Part shown: positions 18,364 through 28,162 of the stretch, one piece after another
How positions within the stretch are numbered: the first letter of the stretch is position 1
How the letters are laid out: each line of letters opens with the position of its first letter
Assembly (NCBI GenBank): GCA_050250695.1
Contig: JBFWOE010000004.1
Coordinates: forward strand, 1 to 63,921
Source: Burkholderiales bacterium
GTDB taxonomy: Bacteria; Pseudomonadota; Gammaproteobacteria; Burkholderiales; SG8-41
Direction: 5' to 3'
Length of the DNA: 63,921 nt
Translations under genes and position numbers: made by a program
The notes under the pieces: model-generated
Seen by the model: only the letters and a program-made list of their open reading frames with translations
What the model was told of the DNA's origin: nothing
Database searches by the model: none

Positions 18364-20223
18364 CTACTCACGTTCAGCGGCTGGCAACGCCGCCGCAAAT
18401 TCCAGATGCACCCCCAGTTCCAGCAGGTCAACGGCGCCCACGATCAGTTCGACCCGCGTGCCCGGCATCACAGTCGCCGGCAGGGACGGGACGCGCTGGG
18501 TGACCGGCAGTGCATCCAGCCGCACCAGGTTCTCGCGCAGCACGACCCCGGCCACCCGGGCGGTTTTTTCCTGCAGCAGCCAGCGCAGGCTCCAGTAACG
18601 TTCCATGGTGCGCTGGTATTCGGCATAAGTCTCGTACGCAGCTTCGAAATCGCGCATCGCCGCCAGCAGCGCGGTGTCCTTCGCCTGGTAGACCGGCGAT
18701 CCGCCGCGCGCGTGCACGATCAGCTGCCGCTGGTTGACCAGGTCGGCGTACCGGCGCAGCGGCGAAGTCGCCCACAGGTAGTGATCCACGCCCAGTCCGT
18801 CGTGCGGTCCCGCCGTTGTGCTGGTGCGCACCTTGCCGCCGCTCTGCACGCGAAACAGCGCAGCCTGGCCACCGTCGTGCAGATCCGCGGCCCAGGTGCT
18901 GTTGGCGAGGATCATCAGTTCGGCGACGACCTGGTCGATCGGCGTGCCGCGGCGACGCGGCGTGATCGATACCCTGCCGTCGCTGACGCGGAACACGAAC
19001 TCCGGACGATCCTCACCGCGCGGCGCATCACCCTTGCGCACCACCAGGCGGTGGCCCGCAAACTGCCACAACCACGACAGCGTGGCGCCCTGCTCATGGT
19101 CCACGCTCCCTCGCGCCAGTGTTTCCGCATTGAAGACCGGCTCCAGCGTCTCGTGCCTCAGGTTGTCGGCGATGAACACGCGTTCGACGCGCGTTTCATG
19201 GCTACGCACCGAAAAATCCGGCGCGATGTCGAAATAGACCGACAGCGCAGGACAGGCGCGCCCCGCAGCCAGCGTGTATGCCGCAACTGCCTCATCCGGC
19301 AGCATGGTGATCTTGCCGCCGGGGAAATACACCGTCGACAGGCGCTCGCGCGCCACCGTGTCCAGCGGTGACTGCGGCGCAATGCCCAGCGCCGGCGCGG
19401 CAATATGGACGCCGAGGCGGCGCAGGCCTCCCGGCAGTTCCTGCAGCGAAAAGGCATCGTCGATTTCCGTCGTTTCCGCGTCGTCGATGCTGTGGGCCCG
19501 GACATCGGCCAGCGGCAACTCGCCCGGCGCATCGGCCGCGGGCAGCTCCGGAAAACCGGCGCCGCTCGGAAAATGCTCGAACAGGAAGCGGTTGAGATGG
19601 TAGGCGTGGGTATCCTGCAGCGCGCCGCAGCGTTCCAGCAGTCGCACCGGCGTCACCCTTGCCGCGGCGCTGGCCTCATCCAGCGCCTTCCATTCGATGC
19701 TGTTTTTGTCCGGCTTGTAGAGCAGCGCATCCAGCAGCGGCCGGAATGCTTCCGGCAAACGCCCGGCGGAAAGTTCATCGATATAAGCGGCTTTGGCCAC
19801 GGCCTGCAGCCGCTTGCGCTCGACACTGGCCAGTGCCGCTTTCAGCGATTCTTCAGGCGCGGCCTTGTAGCGGCCGCGGCCCTTTTTGTAGAAATACATC
19901 GGCGCGCCGTGCAGGCGCATCAGCACTCCGGCGGCTTCGAATGCGCTCGGCGCATGGCCGTAGTACTCGCGCGCCAGCACATCGTAGGCAAATTCATCGG
20001 AACCGCAACATTGCCACAGAAAATCAACATCAATCGCATCGGCCTGTGCCTGCGCTTCCTGCATGAATGCGGTGTGCGCAGGCACTTCAAAACGCAGCAG
20101 CACGGCGGATGCCTTGACCTTGGAGCGTTTGCCGTGCGGCGCCTCGACCTGCAGCGAGGTGTCGTTGTCGGCAAGCACGGCGCCGACCCTGAACTCGCCG
20201 TCTTCTTCGTAAAAAACGTTCAT
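18364..20223 (-). CDS. RNB-domain exoribonuclease (RNase II/R family)
   Basis: Start re-placed at ATG 20223 (MNVFYEEDGEFRVGAV...). RNB motifs HSIDDAETTEIDDAFS and SPLRRYADLVNQRQL. Confidence 0.85.
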   Translation of the reverse strand: MNVFYEEDGEFRVGAVLADNDTSLQVEAPHGKRSKVKASAVLLRFEVPAHTAFMQEAQAQADAIDVDFLWQCCGSDEFAYDVLAREYYGHAPSAFEAAGVLMRLHGAPMYFYKKGRGRYKAAPEESLKAALASVERKRLQAVAKAAYIDELSAGRLPEAFRPLLDALLYKPDKNSIEWKALDEASAAARVTPVRLLERCGALQDTHAYHLNRFLFEHFPSGAGFPELPAADAPGELPLADVRAHSIDDAETTEIDDAFSLQELPGGLRRLGVHIAAPALGIAPQSPLDTVARERLSTVYFPGGKITMLPDEAVAAYTLAAGRACPALSVYFDIAPDFSVRSHETRVERVFIADNLRHETLEPVFNAETLARGSVDHEQGATLSWLWQFAGHRLVVRKGDAPRGEDRPEFVFRVSDGRVSITPRRRGTPIDQVVAELMILANSTWAADLHDGGQAALFRVQSGGKVRTSTTAGPHDGLGVDHYLWATSPLRRYADLVNQRQLIVHARGGSPVYQAKDTALLAAMRDFEAAYETYAEYQRTMERYWSLRWLLQEKTARVAGVVLRENLVRLDALPVTQRVPSLPATVMPGTRVELIVGAVDLLELGVHLEFAAALPAAERE

Positions 20224-20284
20224 CGGAATGGTGAAACCGCGGGGATTGCGCGACCATGCCGCGCAGGGGAGGAATGAGGCGGAA

Positions 20285-20857
20285 TTATACGCGCCCGCGC
20301 TGCCAGTACGCGACGACGGTGTCGAGGTAACCTGCGAATTCGCGGAAACCGTGGTCGCCGCCCTCGACGATGATCTGCGCGCAGCCGGCATAACGTTCGA
20401 CCCCGTCGCGGTAATCGAGCACTTCGTCGCCGGTGGCGGTGATCAGCAGATAACGATCGGGACTGATGCGGCCGACTTCCAGCGCGCGCAGCTCATCGAG
20501 ATGTGCCGGCGTGAACTCATAGGCGGCGCCGGTATAGAGGTTTTTCTGCGGCCCGAGGCAGTCGGTCAGCAGTTCATATGGACGCACAGCGGGATTGACC
20601 AGCACCGCGCGTGCACCGAAACGTTCGACCAGCGAGGTCGCGTAAAAACCGCCGAGCGAAGAACCCACCAGTGTCACCCCGCCCGGATCGAGGCCGGTGA
20701 GCAGCGTTTCGAGTTGCGCCATCGCCTGTGCCGGCCGATGCGCCAGTTCGGGACAGGCGTAGTGCTGCGCCAGGCCCAGCTTCGCCATGTGTTCGTGCAG
20801 CAGGCCGGCCTTGTACGACAGCGCCGAGCTGTTGAATCCGTGGATGTAGACCAGCAC
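20285..20857 (-). CDS. YqiA/YcfP-family alpha/beta hydrolase (esterase)
   Basis: LVYIHGFNSS N-terminus and GSSLGG nucleophile elbow. I prefer GTG 20857, 8 nt after the amidase stop. The track start 20935 would overlap the amidase gene by 71 nt. Confidence 0.75.
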   Translation of the reverse strand: MLVYIHGFNSSALSYKAGLLHEHMAKLGLAQHYACPELAHRPAQAMAQLETLLTGLDPGGVTLVGSSLGGFYATSLVERFGARAVLVNPAVRPYELLTDCLGPQKNLYTGAAYEFTPAHLDELRALEVGRISPDRYLLITATGDEVLDYRDGVERYAGCAQIIVEGGDHGFREFAGYLDTVVAYWQRGRV

Positions 20858-20864
20858 CCGCGTT

Positions 20865-22043
20865 TCACCCGGCGATGCGCCGCGCCAGCGCCAGCAGCAG
20901 CATGTCCGTGCCGCGCCCGCCGATGATGGAGACACCGAACGGACAGCCGTGCAGGGTGGCCAGCGGCATGCTGATCTGGGGCAGTCCCGCCAGTCCGGCG
21001 ATGCACAGCAGGCTCATCGCTTTCGCGCGGAAATCGTCGAGCGCGGGTGCCGGCGTGTTCAGCAGCGGCGCAATGTCGGGCAGCGTAGGCAACACCAGCA
21101 CGGCGTTGTCCGCCAGCAGACCATCCATGCGCGCACGCGCCGCATCACGCATCCGCTGCGCCTGCGCAATGTCTGCGGGGCTGAGGGTCGCAGTCCATGC
21201 GATGCGTTCCCTGACGCCGGGGCCGAGTTTCGGTTGCGCCCGCGCGACCCAGTCGCCGAGCTGGGCATGGATTTCCGCGCCCTGCAGCACACGGAAGGCC
21301 TGGAACCACTGCGGCAGGCCTGCGCTGCTGACGGTGACCGGATGCAGCGGTCCGCAGGCGGCGCGTACTGGTGCCAGTGCTGCATCGAATGCCTCTGCCG
21401 CCGCCGCGTCCAGCAACGCGACCGCGTCTTCGGCCAGCATGAACCTGCCGGGCACAGGCTCTGTCTCCATGCCAAGCAGCACCTGACCGACGCGTTCCAG
21501 CAATGTCGCATCGCGCGCGAACCAGCCCGCGGTGTCGAAACTTTTCGCCAGCGGGCAGGCGCCCTCCAGCGACACGCGGCCGTGCGTCGGCCGCATGCCG
21601 TAGATGCCGCAGAAACCCGCCGGCGCGCGCACCGAACCGCCGGTGTCGCTGCCCAGCGCAAAATCCACCAGTTTGCCCGCAACCGCCGCAGCCGATCCGC
21701 TGGACGAGCCGCCGGGAATGCGCCCCGGCGCGTTGACGTTGACCGGCGTGCCGTAATGCGCGTTTTCGCCGTTGAGGCTGTAGGTCAGTTCATCGGTCTG
21801 GGTTTTGCCCGCCATGTCGGCGCCGGCGCCGAGCAATGCCGCGACGGCCGGCGCGGTGCGCGTCGCCGCGTCGTGCGTGGCCAGCCAGTCGGGGCTGCCG
21901 AAGCCGGTCCTGTGCCCGGCAATGTCGTAGATGTCCTTGACGCCGAAGGTCAGGTTGGCGAGCGGACCCGAACCTGATCCGGAAAGGGCGACATGGGTAT
22001 GCCGGCAGAAAGCGCCCAGCGCGTCGTCGGGAATTTTCACCAC
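20865..22043 (-). CDS. amidase-signature family amidase
   Basis: 392 aa. Catalytic Lys context GVKDIYD and signature GGSSSGSAAAV...GSDTGGSVRAP. Confidence 0.85.
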   Translation of the reverse strand: MVKIPDDALGAFCRHTHVALSGSGSGPLANLTFGVKDIYDIAGHRTGFGSPDWLATHDAATRTAPAVAALLGAGADMAGKTQTDELTYSLNGENAHYGTPVNVNAPGRIPGGSSSGSAAAVAGKLVDFALGSDTGGSVRAPAGFCGIYGMRPTHGRVSLEGACPLAKSFDTAGWFARDATLLERVGQVLLGMETEPVPGRFMLAEDAVALLDAAAAEAFDAALAPVRAACGPLHPVTVSSAGLPQWFQAFRVLQGAEIHAQLGDWVARAQPKLGPGVRERIAWTATLSPADIAQAQRMRDAARARMDGLLADNAVLVLPTLPDIAPLLNTPAPALDDFRAKAMSLLCIAGLAGLPQISMPLATLHGCPFGVSIIGGRGTDMLLLALARRIAG

Positions 22044-22056
22044 AGCGGGAACACCA

Positions 22057-23403
22057 TCACGCCGCCAGGCGCTGCAGCAGTTTGTCGTGGATGCCGCCGA
22101 AACCGCCGTTGCTCATGATCAGCACGTGGTCGCCTGTCCGTGCGGCTGAGGCCACGGCGTCGATCAATGCCGCAAGATCGCTGTGCACCTGCGCCTTGTC
22201 GCCCAGCGGCGCCAGCGCCTCGGCGGCATCCCAGTTGATGCCGCCGCTGTAACAGTAGACGCGGTCGGCCGCGGCGAGGCTGCCGGGCAACGCCTGTTTC
22301 ATCACGCCCAGCTTCATGGTGTTGGAACGCGGTTCGATCACCACGTGAATGCGCGCAGCGCCGGCCTTGCGGCGCAATCCAGCGACTGTGGTGGCGATCG
22401 CCGTGGGATGGTGCGCAAAATCGTCGTAAACGGTGATGCCGCGTACCGTGCCGCGGGTTTCCATGCGCCGCCGCACGCCTTGGAACTGACCCAGCGCATC
22501 AACGGCACCCACTGCCGGCACGCCGGCATGTCTGGCTGCAGCAATCGCGGCCAGCGCGTTCATGTGGTTGTGTTCGCCGGCCAGCTCCCACATCACGCGG
22601 CCGCGCGACGCGCCTTCGTGGGTCACTTCGAAAGCGCCGTGCCCATCGGCCTCGCCGGTCTGCCACGCACCCTTGCCGCCGAAATGCTCCACCGGCGTCC
22701 ACGCGCCGCGAGCCAGCACGCGCTCCAGCGCGGCATCGGCGCCGTTGGCCACGATCAGGCCGTTGCCGGGCACGATGCGCACCAGGTGATGGAACTGGGT
22801 TTCGATCGCCGCGAGGTCGGGAAAAATATCGGCATGGTCGTACTCCAGATTGTTGAGCACCAGGGTACGCGGCGCGTAATGCACGAACTTCGAACGCTTG
22901 TCGAAAAAAGCCGTGTCATATTCGTCCGCCTCGATCACGAAGAACGGCGTTTCGGTCAGGCGCGCCGATACATCGAAATTCTGTGGCACGCCGCCGATCA
23001 GGAAACCGGGATTGAGCCCGGCATGTTCTAGGATCCACGCCAGCATCGCGCTGGTCGTTGTCTTGCCGTGGGTGCCGGCGACGGCCAGCACCCAGCGGCC
23101 CTGCAGGACATGGTCACGCAGCCATTGCGGGCCGGAGACGTACGGCAGACCGCGGTTGAGCACGGCCTCCATCAGTGGATTGCCGCGCGTGACCACGTTG
23201 CCGACGACGTACAAGTCGGGCTTCAGATCGACCTGGTCGGGCTCGTAACCCTGGATCAGCGTGATGCCCTGCGCCTCGAGCTGGGTGCTCATCGGCGGAT
23301 AGACGTTGGCATCGCAACCGGTCACCCGGTGGCCGGCGGCGCGCGCCAGCACGGCAAGCCCGCCCATGAAGGTTCCGCAGATGCCGAGTATGTGGATGTG
23401 CAT
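22057..23403 (-). CDS. mpl: UDP-N-acetylmuramate:L-alanyl-gamma-D-glutamyl-meso-diaminopimelate ligase
   Basis: 448 aa. MHIHILGICGTFMGGLA N-terminus and AVAGTHGKTTT P-loop, Mur-ligase layout. Confidence 0.92.
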   Translation of the reverse strand: MHIHILGICGTFMGGLAVLARAAGHRVTGCDANVYPPMSTQLEAQGITLIQGYEPDQVDLKPDLYVVGNVVTRGNPLMEAVLNRGLPYVSGPQWLRDHVLQGRWVLAVAGTHGKTTTSAMLAWILEHAGLNPGFLIGGVPQNFDVSARLTETPFFVIEADEYDTAFFDKRSKFVHYAPRTLVLNNLEYDHADIFPDLAAIETQFHHLVRIVPGNGLIVANGADAALERVLARGAWTPVEHFGGKGAWQTGEADGHGAFEVTHEGASRGRVMWELAGEHNHMNALAAIAAARHAGVPAVGAVDALGQFQGVRRRMETRGTVRGITVYDDFAHHPTAIATTVAGLRRKAGAARIHVVIEPRSNTMKLGVMKQALPGSLAAADRVYCYSGGINWDAAEALAPLGDKAQVHSDLAALIDAVASAARTGDHVLIMSNGGFGGIHDKLLQRLAA

Positions 23404-23510
23404 TATGGGGGCGGAGGATAACAGAGGATTGTGGATCCAGGATTGGGCAGGAACGGTTCACATCCCCGATGCACTCAATCCTCGATCCTCGCTTCTCAAT
23501 CCTGCCTCAC

Positions 23511-23861
23511 TCAGGTCTTGAAAATGAAATACACGGCGGCGACCAGGCACAGGCCCGCGTAGACAAAATTCATTTTCACCGCCTGGCCCATGTAGAAGAT
23601 CGCGAACGGCACGAACACCGCCAGCGTTATGACTTCCTGCAGAATTTTCAGCTGCGGCAGGCTCAGCGTGGTGTAACCGATGCGATTCGCCGGCACCTGC
23701 AGCAGGTATTCGAACAGCGCGATGCCCCAGGACAACAGCGCGGCGATCCACCACGGCGCTGTGTTGAGGTGTTTCAGGTGGCCGTACCAGGCCATGGTCA
23801 TGAATACGTTGGAAGCGGTCAGCAGCAGTATGGTGACCAGCATGGGGGGCAGCGATGCCAT
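23511..23861 (-). CDS. small DMT-superfamily membrane protein (DUF486-like)
   Basis: 116 aa with four hydrophobic helices. ...TASNVFMTMAWYGHLK... matches my memory of the DUF486/DMT family. Confidence 0.7.
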   Translation of the reverse strand: MASLPPMLVTILLLTASNVFMTMAWYGHLKHLNTAPWWIAALLSWGIALFEYLLQVPANRIGYTTLSLPQLKILQEVITLAVFVPFAIFYMGQAVKMNFVYAGLCLVAAVYFIFKT

Positions 23862-23999
23862 ATCGTAACCTGTTGTTTATATTTACATTTTTAATGTTGC
23901 GTCGCGACCGGAACCGGCAACGCGATGGCATTCTACAGAGAGTGGTCCCTGGACGCCGACCAGGCCATCCAGATGACAATGGCGCAGCGTGTCGCCGCT

Positions 24000-25280
24000 T
24001 CAGCTTGCCGCGCCGGTCTCCAGCGCAAGTTCCCGGCGTATTGCTTCGTAACGCGTATGCAGGTCGGCGGCATCGCGGCCGCCGAGGTTGAGCACCGCGT
24101 AGCGGTGGCTGCCCAGCCATTTCATTTCACGGGCAAGACCGACACCCCGCTTCAGGTAGAGCATAAGCCGTGCATCCGGATAACGGCGGTGGATGGCCTC
24201 TATCTGCGCCAGTGTCGGCACGCGTTCCGGCGCACGGCCGTCGAAACGGCGGAACACGAAACTCGCCGCGGCGCGGAATTCACCGCCACCCCGCACCGGC
24301 TGCGGCGCCTCACCCGTCGCAAGATCCAGCAGCATGGCATAGGGATCGCATCCTTCGACGCGCCGGTACAGATTCATGATCTGCGAGGCCATGCGCGGGT
24401 TGATCTCGACGATGCGGATGGCGCCCGTCTCATGGTCGATGACCATCTCGACGTTGAAAAAACCGTGGCTGTAGTCGAATCCCGCCAGCAGTTTTTCCGT
24501 CAGCGCCGTTACGCGCCGGCGTATGCCGTCGTCCAGCCGCGACGGATATTCAAACCGCATGAAGGCATGCGTGCCGGGATACATCACTTCGTCGACCATG
24601 CCCAGCACCGTCACCCTGCCCTTGTGCACGTAACCGTCGATGTTGATCTGGTCGCCGTGCATGATTTCCTCGGCGATCATCGCGCGCGCGCCGATCGAAA
24701 ACGGCGTGTACAGCGGCATCAGGTCGTCAAACGGCTGCACCAGCTTGCGCAGGATCAGGCGTTCCAGCGGCGAAAAAGCAAGCAGCGCCCGCAGTTGCCC
24801 GAGATTGTCGACTCGACGCGCCAGCACGGAATAAGTCGCCTTCACCGGTTTCACGAAACAGGGAAAACCGATTTCCGGCCCGCGCTCGATGTGTTCCGCG
24901 TAGGGCAGCACCGAAAACCGCGGCGTCGCCTCCGGTACGATTTTCTGCTGCAGGCAGCGTGAATAGTACTTGTGCTGGGCGGCAATGATGACCGCCGGAT
25001 CCATGCCCGGCAGCCCCAGGCGCCGGGCCACCACCGCGGCAATCAGCGCACCGAAATGTTCGTTATTGCTGACCACCCCGTCGATGCGGCCGCGGTACCG
25101 GCGCACCAGCCGGTCCACAAAACGGTGCACGTTGAAGGTCAGCAGGCGCGCATTGTCGGGAAATCGGAATAGATCAAACCCTTCGTAAAAAAACCGGTAG
25201 CCGGCCCGGTAACGCGGGTGTTCGAGCTCGACCCGGTCCCAGTCCTTGGGAAACAGCATCAATATGCATCTGGTTGTCAC
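24000..25280 (-). CDS. ATP-grasp domain protein (carboxylate-amine ligase-like), function unknown
   Basis: 426 aa. GTG start with GGAGA 4-6 nt upstream. ATP-grasp elements FPCFVKPVKATYS and IRIVEINPRM. Confidence 0.75.
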   Translation of the reverse strand: MTTRCILMLFPKDWDRVELEHPRYRAGYRFFYEGFDLFRFPDNARLLTFNVHRFVDRLVRRYRGRIDGVVSNNEHFGALIAAVVARRLGLPGMDPAVIIAAQHKYYSRCLQQKIVPEATPRFSVLPYAEHIERGPEIGFPCFVKPVKATYSVLARRVDNLGQLRALLAFSPLERLILRKLVQPFDDLMPLYTPFSIGARAMIAEEIMHGDQINIDGYVHKGRVTVLGMVDEVMYPGTHAFMRFEYPSRLDDGIRRRVTALTEKLLAGFDYSHGFFNVEMVIDHETGAIRIVEINPRMASQIMNLYRRVEGCDPYAMLLDLATGEAPQPVRGGGEFRAAASFVFRRFDGRAPERVPTLAQIEAIHRRYPDARLMLYLKRGVGLAREMKWLGSHRYAVLNLGGRDAADLHTRYEAIRRELALETGAAS

Positions 25281-25363
25281 AACATTCTCCGGGGTTTTCC
25301 ATCACTGACATCAGCCTCCGGATATCAGTCGCAGATGCCGCAATAAACATACACCGGCGCGGT

Positions 25364-25990
25364 TTATTCCTGCGCCCCGCAATAACGGCCCCAGGCGATG
25401 AAGCCGGTGCCCAGCAGCGTACTCTCGACCCGCAGGTCCGGCACATACGCCAGCAGCCGATCCCAGGGAGACTCCAGCCCTTCCATGCTGGTGTAACAAC
25501 CGCGCGACTTGAAACGCCGGTAAAGACGGAAGGGATCCAGCCAGCGTGGCGGATGTTTGATGCCGGCAACCGCCACGCGCGCGCCGCCCTGCGCCTGGCG
25601 GAACACGCTGGCCAGCGCGGCGGGCGACCGGATCACGTCATGTGCATAATTGAACAGCACGGCGTTCACCGCCGCGGGCCATTGCGCCGTTTCCATCGCC
25701 GAACCGATCAGGATGACGTTGCGCCATCCGCCTGCGGTCACCCGCGCCTGCGCGAGCGCCAGCATTTCGGGGCTGTGCTCCACCCCGATCACGGCGCCGG
25801 TGCTGCCTACCGCCTCCAACAGCTGCGGGAAACTCAGGCCGGTGCCGCAGCCGGCGTCGAGCACGACGTCGCCGCGCTGCAGCGCCAGCCGGGAAATCGT
25901 GCGCCGGCGCAGCGCCATCGTGCGCTGGGCGCTGGCGTCATAATTCGAGGCATGCACCCGGTAATGTTCGGTGCTGTTGCGGCGGTCCAT
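25364..25990 (-). CDS. class I SAM-dependent methyltransferase
   Basis: 208 aa with motif I VLDAGCGTGLS. Confidence 0.8.
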   Translation of the reverse strand: MDRRNSTEHYRVHASNYDASAQRTMALRRRTISRLALQRGDVVLDAGCGTGLSFPQLLEAVGSTGAVIGVEHSPEMLALAQARVTAGGWRNVILIGSAMETAQWPAAVNAVLFNYAHDVIRSPAALASVFRQAQGGARVAVAGIKHPPRWLDPFRLYRRFKSRGCYTSMEGLESPWDRLLAYVPDLRVESTLLGTGFIAWGRYCGAQE

Positions 25991-26034
25991 GGCCGGGAAT
26001 CATAACCGCATGCGATACTGGATTCGGGAAATCC

Positions 26035-27378
26035 ATGCACATGAGCGATCAGTCCCCGTCCACCGCAAATGATCCGCACCGCATCGTCATCGTTGGCGGC
26101 GGTGCCGGCGGCCTCGAACTGGCAACCCGGCTGGGCGACAGCGTCGGACGCCGCGGCCAGGCCCAGGTCACGCTGATCGACCGCTCGCGCACGCACCTGT
26201 GGAAGCCCCTGCTGCACGAAGTCGCCGCGGGCAGCATGGACATCGACCAGCACACGCTGGATTACCTGGCGCAGGCGCGCTGGCACCATTTCCGCTTCCG
26301 CCTCGGCAGCATGGCGGGACTGGACCGCGAACGCCGCGTGGTGCGGGTCGCACCCACGCACGACGACGAAGGCAAGCTGCTGATCGGCGAGCGCGAGATC
26401 CGCTATGACACGCTGGTCCTCGCAGTGGGCAGCGGCACCAACGATTTCGGCACGCCGGGTGCACAGGAACACGCGATAAGCCTCGACACGCCACCGCAGG
26501 CGGAACGTTTCCACAACCGGCTGATCAACGCCTGCATCCGCGCCAACGCCCAGCGCGAACCCTTGCGGCCCGAACAGCTGCATGTCGCGATCATCGGCGC
26601 CGGCGCCACCGGCGTCGAACTTGCCGCCGAACTGCACCACACCACCCGCGAACTGGTCGCCTTCGGGCTGGAACGCATAGACGCCGAACGCGACATCCGC
26701 ATCACGCTGATCGAAGCCGGTCCGCGCGTGCTGCCGGCGCTGCCCGAACGCCTGTCGACATCGACCACCGAGCTGCTGGAAAAACTGCGGGTGCAGGTGC
26801 TCACCGGCGCGCGGGTCACCGCCGTCGAACGCGACGGCGTGATCCTCGCCGACGGCCGCAAAATCCCGGCGGAACTGACGGTCTGGGCGGCAGGCATCAA
26901 GGCGCCGGATTTCCTGAAAGACATCGCCGGCCTGGAAACCAACCGGCTCAACCAGCTGGTGGTGACGCCGGAACTGCAGACCACGCGCGACCCGGACATT
27001 TTTGCGCTCGGCGACTGCGCGGCCTGCGCATGGCCGGGACGCGACCACAACGTGCCGCCGCGCGCACAAGCAGCGCATCAGCAGGCCTCGCTGCTGACAT
27101 CCACGCTGCGCCGCCGCCTCGCCGGAAAACCGCCGCGCCCCTTCGTCTACCGCGACTTCGGCTCGCTGGTATCACTGGGCGACTATTCCACCGTCGGCAG
27201 CCTGATGGGCGCGCTGATCGGCGGCAGCCTGTTCATCGAAGGCCTGTTCGCGCGGATGATGTACATCTCGCTCTACCGCATGCACCTCTACGCACTGCAC
27301 GGTTTCGCCAAGGTGTTTTTCGACACGCTGGCACGGCTGATCACGCGGCGCACCGAGCCGCGCGTGAAGCTGCACTGA
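26035..27378 (+). CDS. ndh: type II NADH dehydrogenase (NAD(P)/FAD-dependent oxidoreductase)
   Basis: 447 aa. Two dinucleotide folds (IVIVGGGAGGLE, VAIIGAGATGVE) and a C-terminal amphipathic/membrane segment. Confidence 0.88.
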   Translation: MHMSDQSPSTANDPHRIVIVGGGAGGLELATRLGDSVGRRGQAQVTLIDRSRTHLWKPLLHEVAAGSMDIDQHTLDYLAQARWHHFRFRLGSMAGLDRERRVVRVAPTHDDEGKLLIGEREIRYDTLVLAVGSGTNDFGTPGAQEHAISLDTPPQAERFHNRLINACIRANAQREPLRPEQLHVAIIGAGATGVELAAELHHTTRELVAFGLERIDAERDIRITLIEAGPRVLPALPERLSTSTTELLEKLRVQVLTGARVTAVERDGVILADGRKIPAELTVWAAGIKAPDFLKDIAGLETNRLNQLVVTPELQTTRDPDIFALGDCAACAWPGRDHNVPPRAQAAHQQASLLTSTLRRRLAGKPPRPFVYRDFGSLVSLGDYSTVGSLMGALIGGSLFIEGLFARMMYISLYRMHLYALHGFAKVFFDTLARLITRRTEPRVKLH

Positions 27379-27400
27379 AATATTGTTTAAAAACAAATAC

Positions 27401-28162
27401 TTACAGATTAACCTCGGGCAGGCCCGCGGAACGTGAACCAGGCAGCGGCGGATTGTCCGGCGCGCGGTATGTGTACACCACGGAGAATTTGGTGTGCACG
27501 GCGCGGTTGTGCCCCGCGGCGTGAAACAGCCGGCAATGAAAAAACAGCACATCGCCGGGATTCAGTTCGGCACTGACCTGCGTCTGCAGCAAGGCCGCGT
27601 TTTCGGCAACATCAGTGCGCAGGAACTGCGCTTCATCCAGCCGCGTTGCATCGAAATCCATCGCGTGCGAACCCGGCAGCAGCAGCAGGCAGCCATTGTC
27701 CCTGCGCTCTTCGCCCAGCGCCAGCCACACCGAAACCAGTTCCGGACGTTGAAACGACCAGTAACGGATGTCGCGATGCCAGCCGGTGATGCTGCTGTAG
27801 CGCGGGTCCTTGGTCATGATGCAGTTGTGGTGCGCCTGCGACAGCACCACCTGCGGGCCCAGCAACTGTTTCAGCCGTTCGACGACCGGCGCCGCGGTCG
27901 CGCATTCGCGAAACGCCGCATCGCGTGCATAGGCCTGCAGCAGGCGGCGCACCGTGCGCCCGCCCGGCGCATCCAGCGATTGCGGTGCCCCGGGATAACG
28001 GGTATGGGCTTCGTATTCGACGGGCGGCCTTGCCTCCGCGAGATCGCGTTCGGCAAGCGCGCGCAGGCGCGCGCAGGCGGTCGCCGGTACCAGCCCGCGC
28101 ACCACCTGGTAGCCGTCGCGCAAAAAATCCGCGACTTCCGTAGCGGAGAACCGGTCACTCAT
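27401..28162 (-). CDS. phytanoyl-CoA dioxygenase (PhyH) family Fe(II)/2-oxoglutarate oxygenase
   Basis: Start re-placed at ATG 28162 ([10 protein letters not shown]...), which overlaps the CPBP stop by 8 nt (ATGAGTGA). HxD (WHRD) and distal His (LFHAAGHN). Confidence 0.8.
   Translation of the reverse strand: MSDRFSATEVADFLRDGYQVVRGLVPATACARLRALAERDLAEARPPVEYEAHTRYPGAPQSLDAPGGRTVRRLLQAYARDAAFRECATAAPVVERLKQLLGPQVVLSQAHHNCIMTKDPRYSSITGWHRDIRYWSFQRPELVSVWLALGEERRDNGCLLLLPGSHAMDFDATRLDEAQFLRTDVAENAALLQTQVSAELNPGDVLFFHCRLFHAAGHNRAVHTKFSVVYTYRAPDNPPLPGSRSAGLPEVNL

Noticed and set aside
23862-25363. RiPP/graspetide precursor peptide near the ATP-grasp gene.
   Set aside because: No short ORF with an SD and a plausible leader/core lies in the flanking spacers (23862-23999, 25281-25363). 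The small track ORFs there overlap real genes and look spurious. At 426 aa the ATP-grasp protein looks more like a stand-alone ligase.
27383-27396. AT-rich palindrome TTGTTT-AA-AAACAA between the convergent ndh and PhyH genes (possible bidirectional terminator).
   Set aside because: The arms are only six A/T base pairs with a 2-nt centre, too weak and too tightly looped for a functional RNA hairpin. Similar AT-rich strings elsewhere (2741-2790, 40461-40494) look like generic promoter or bendable DNA.
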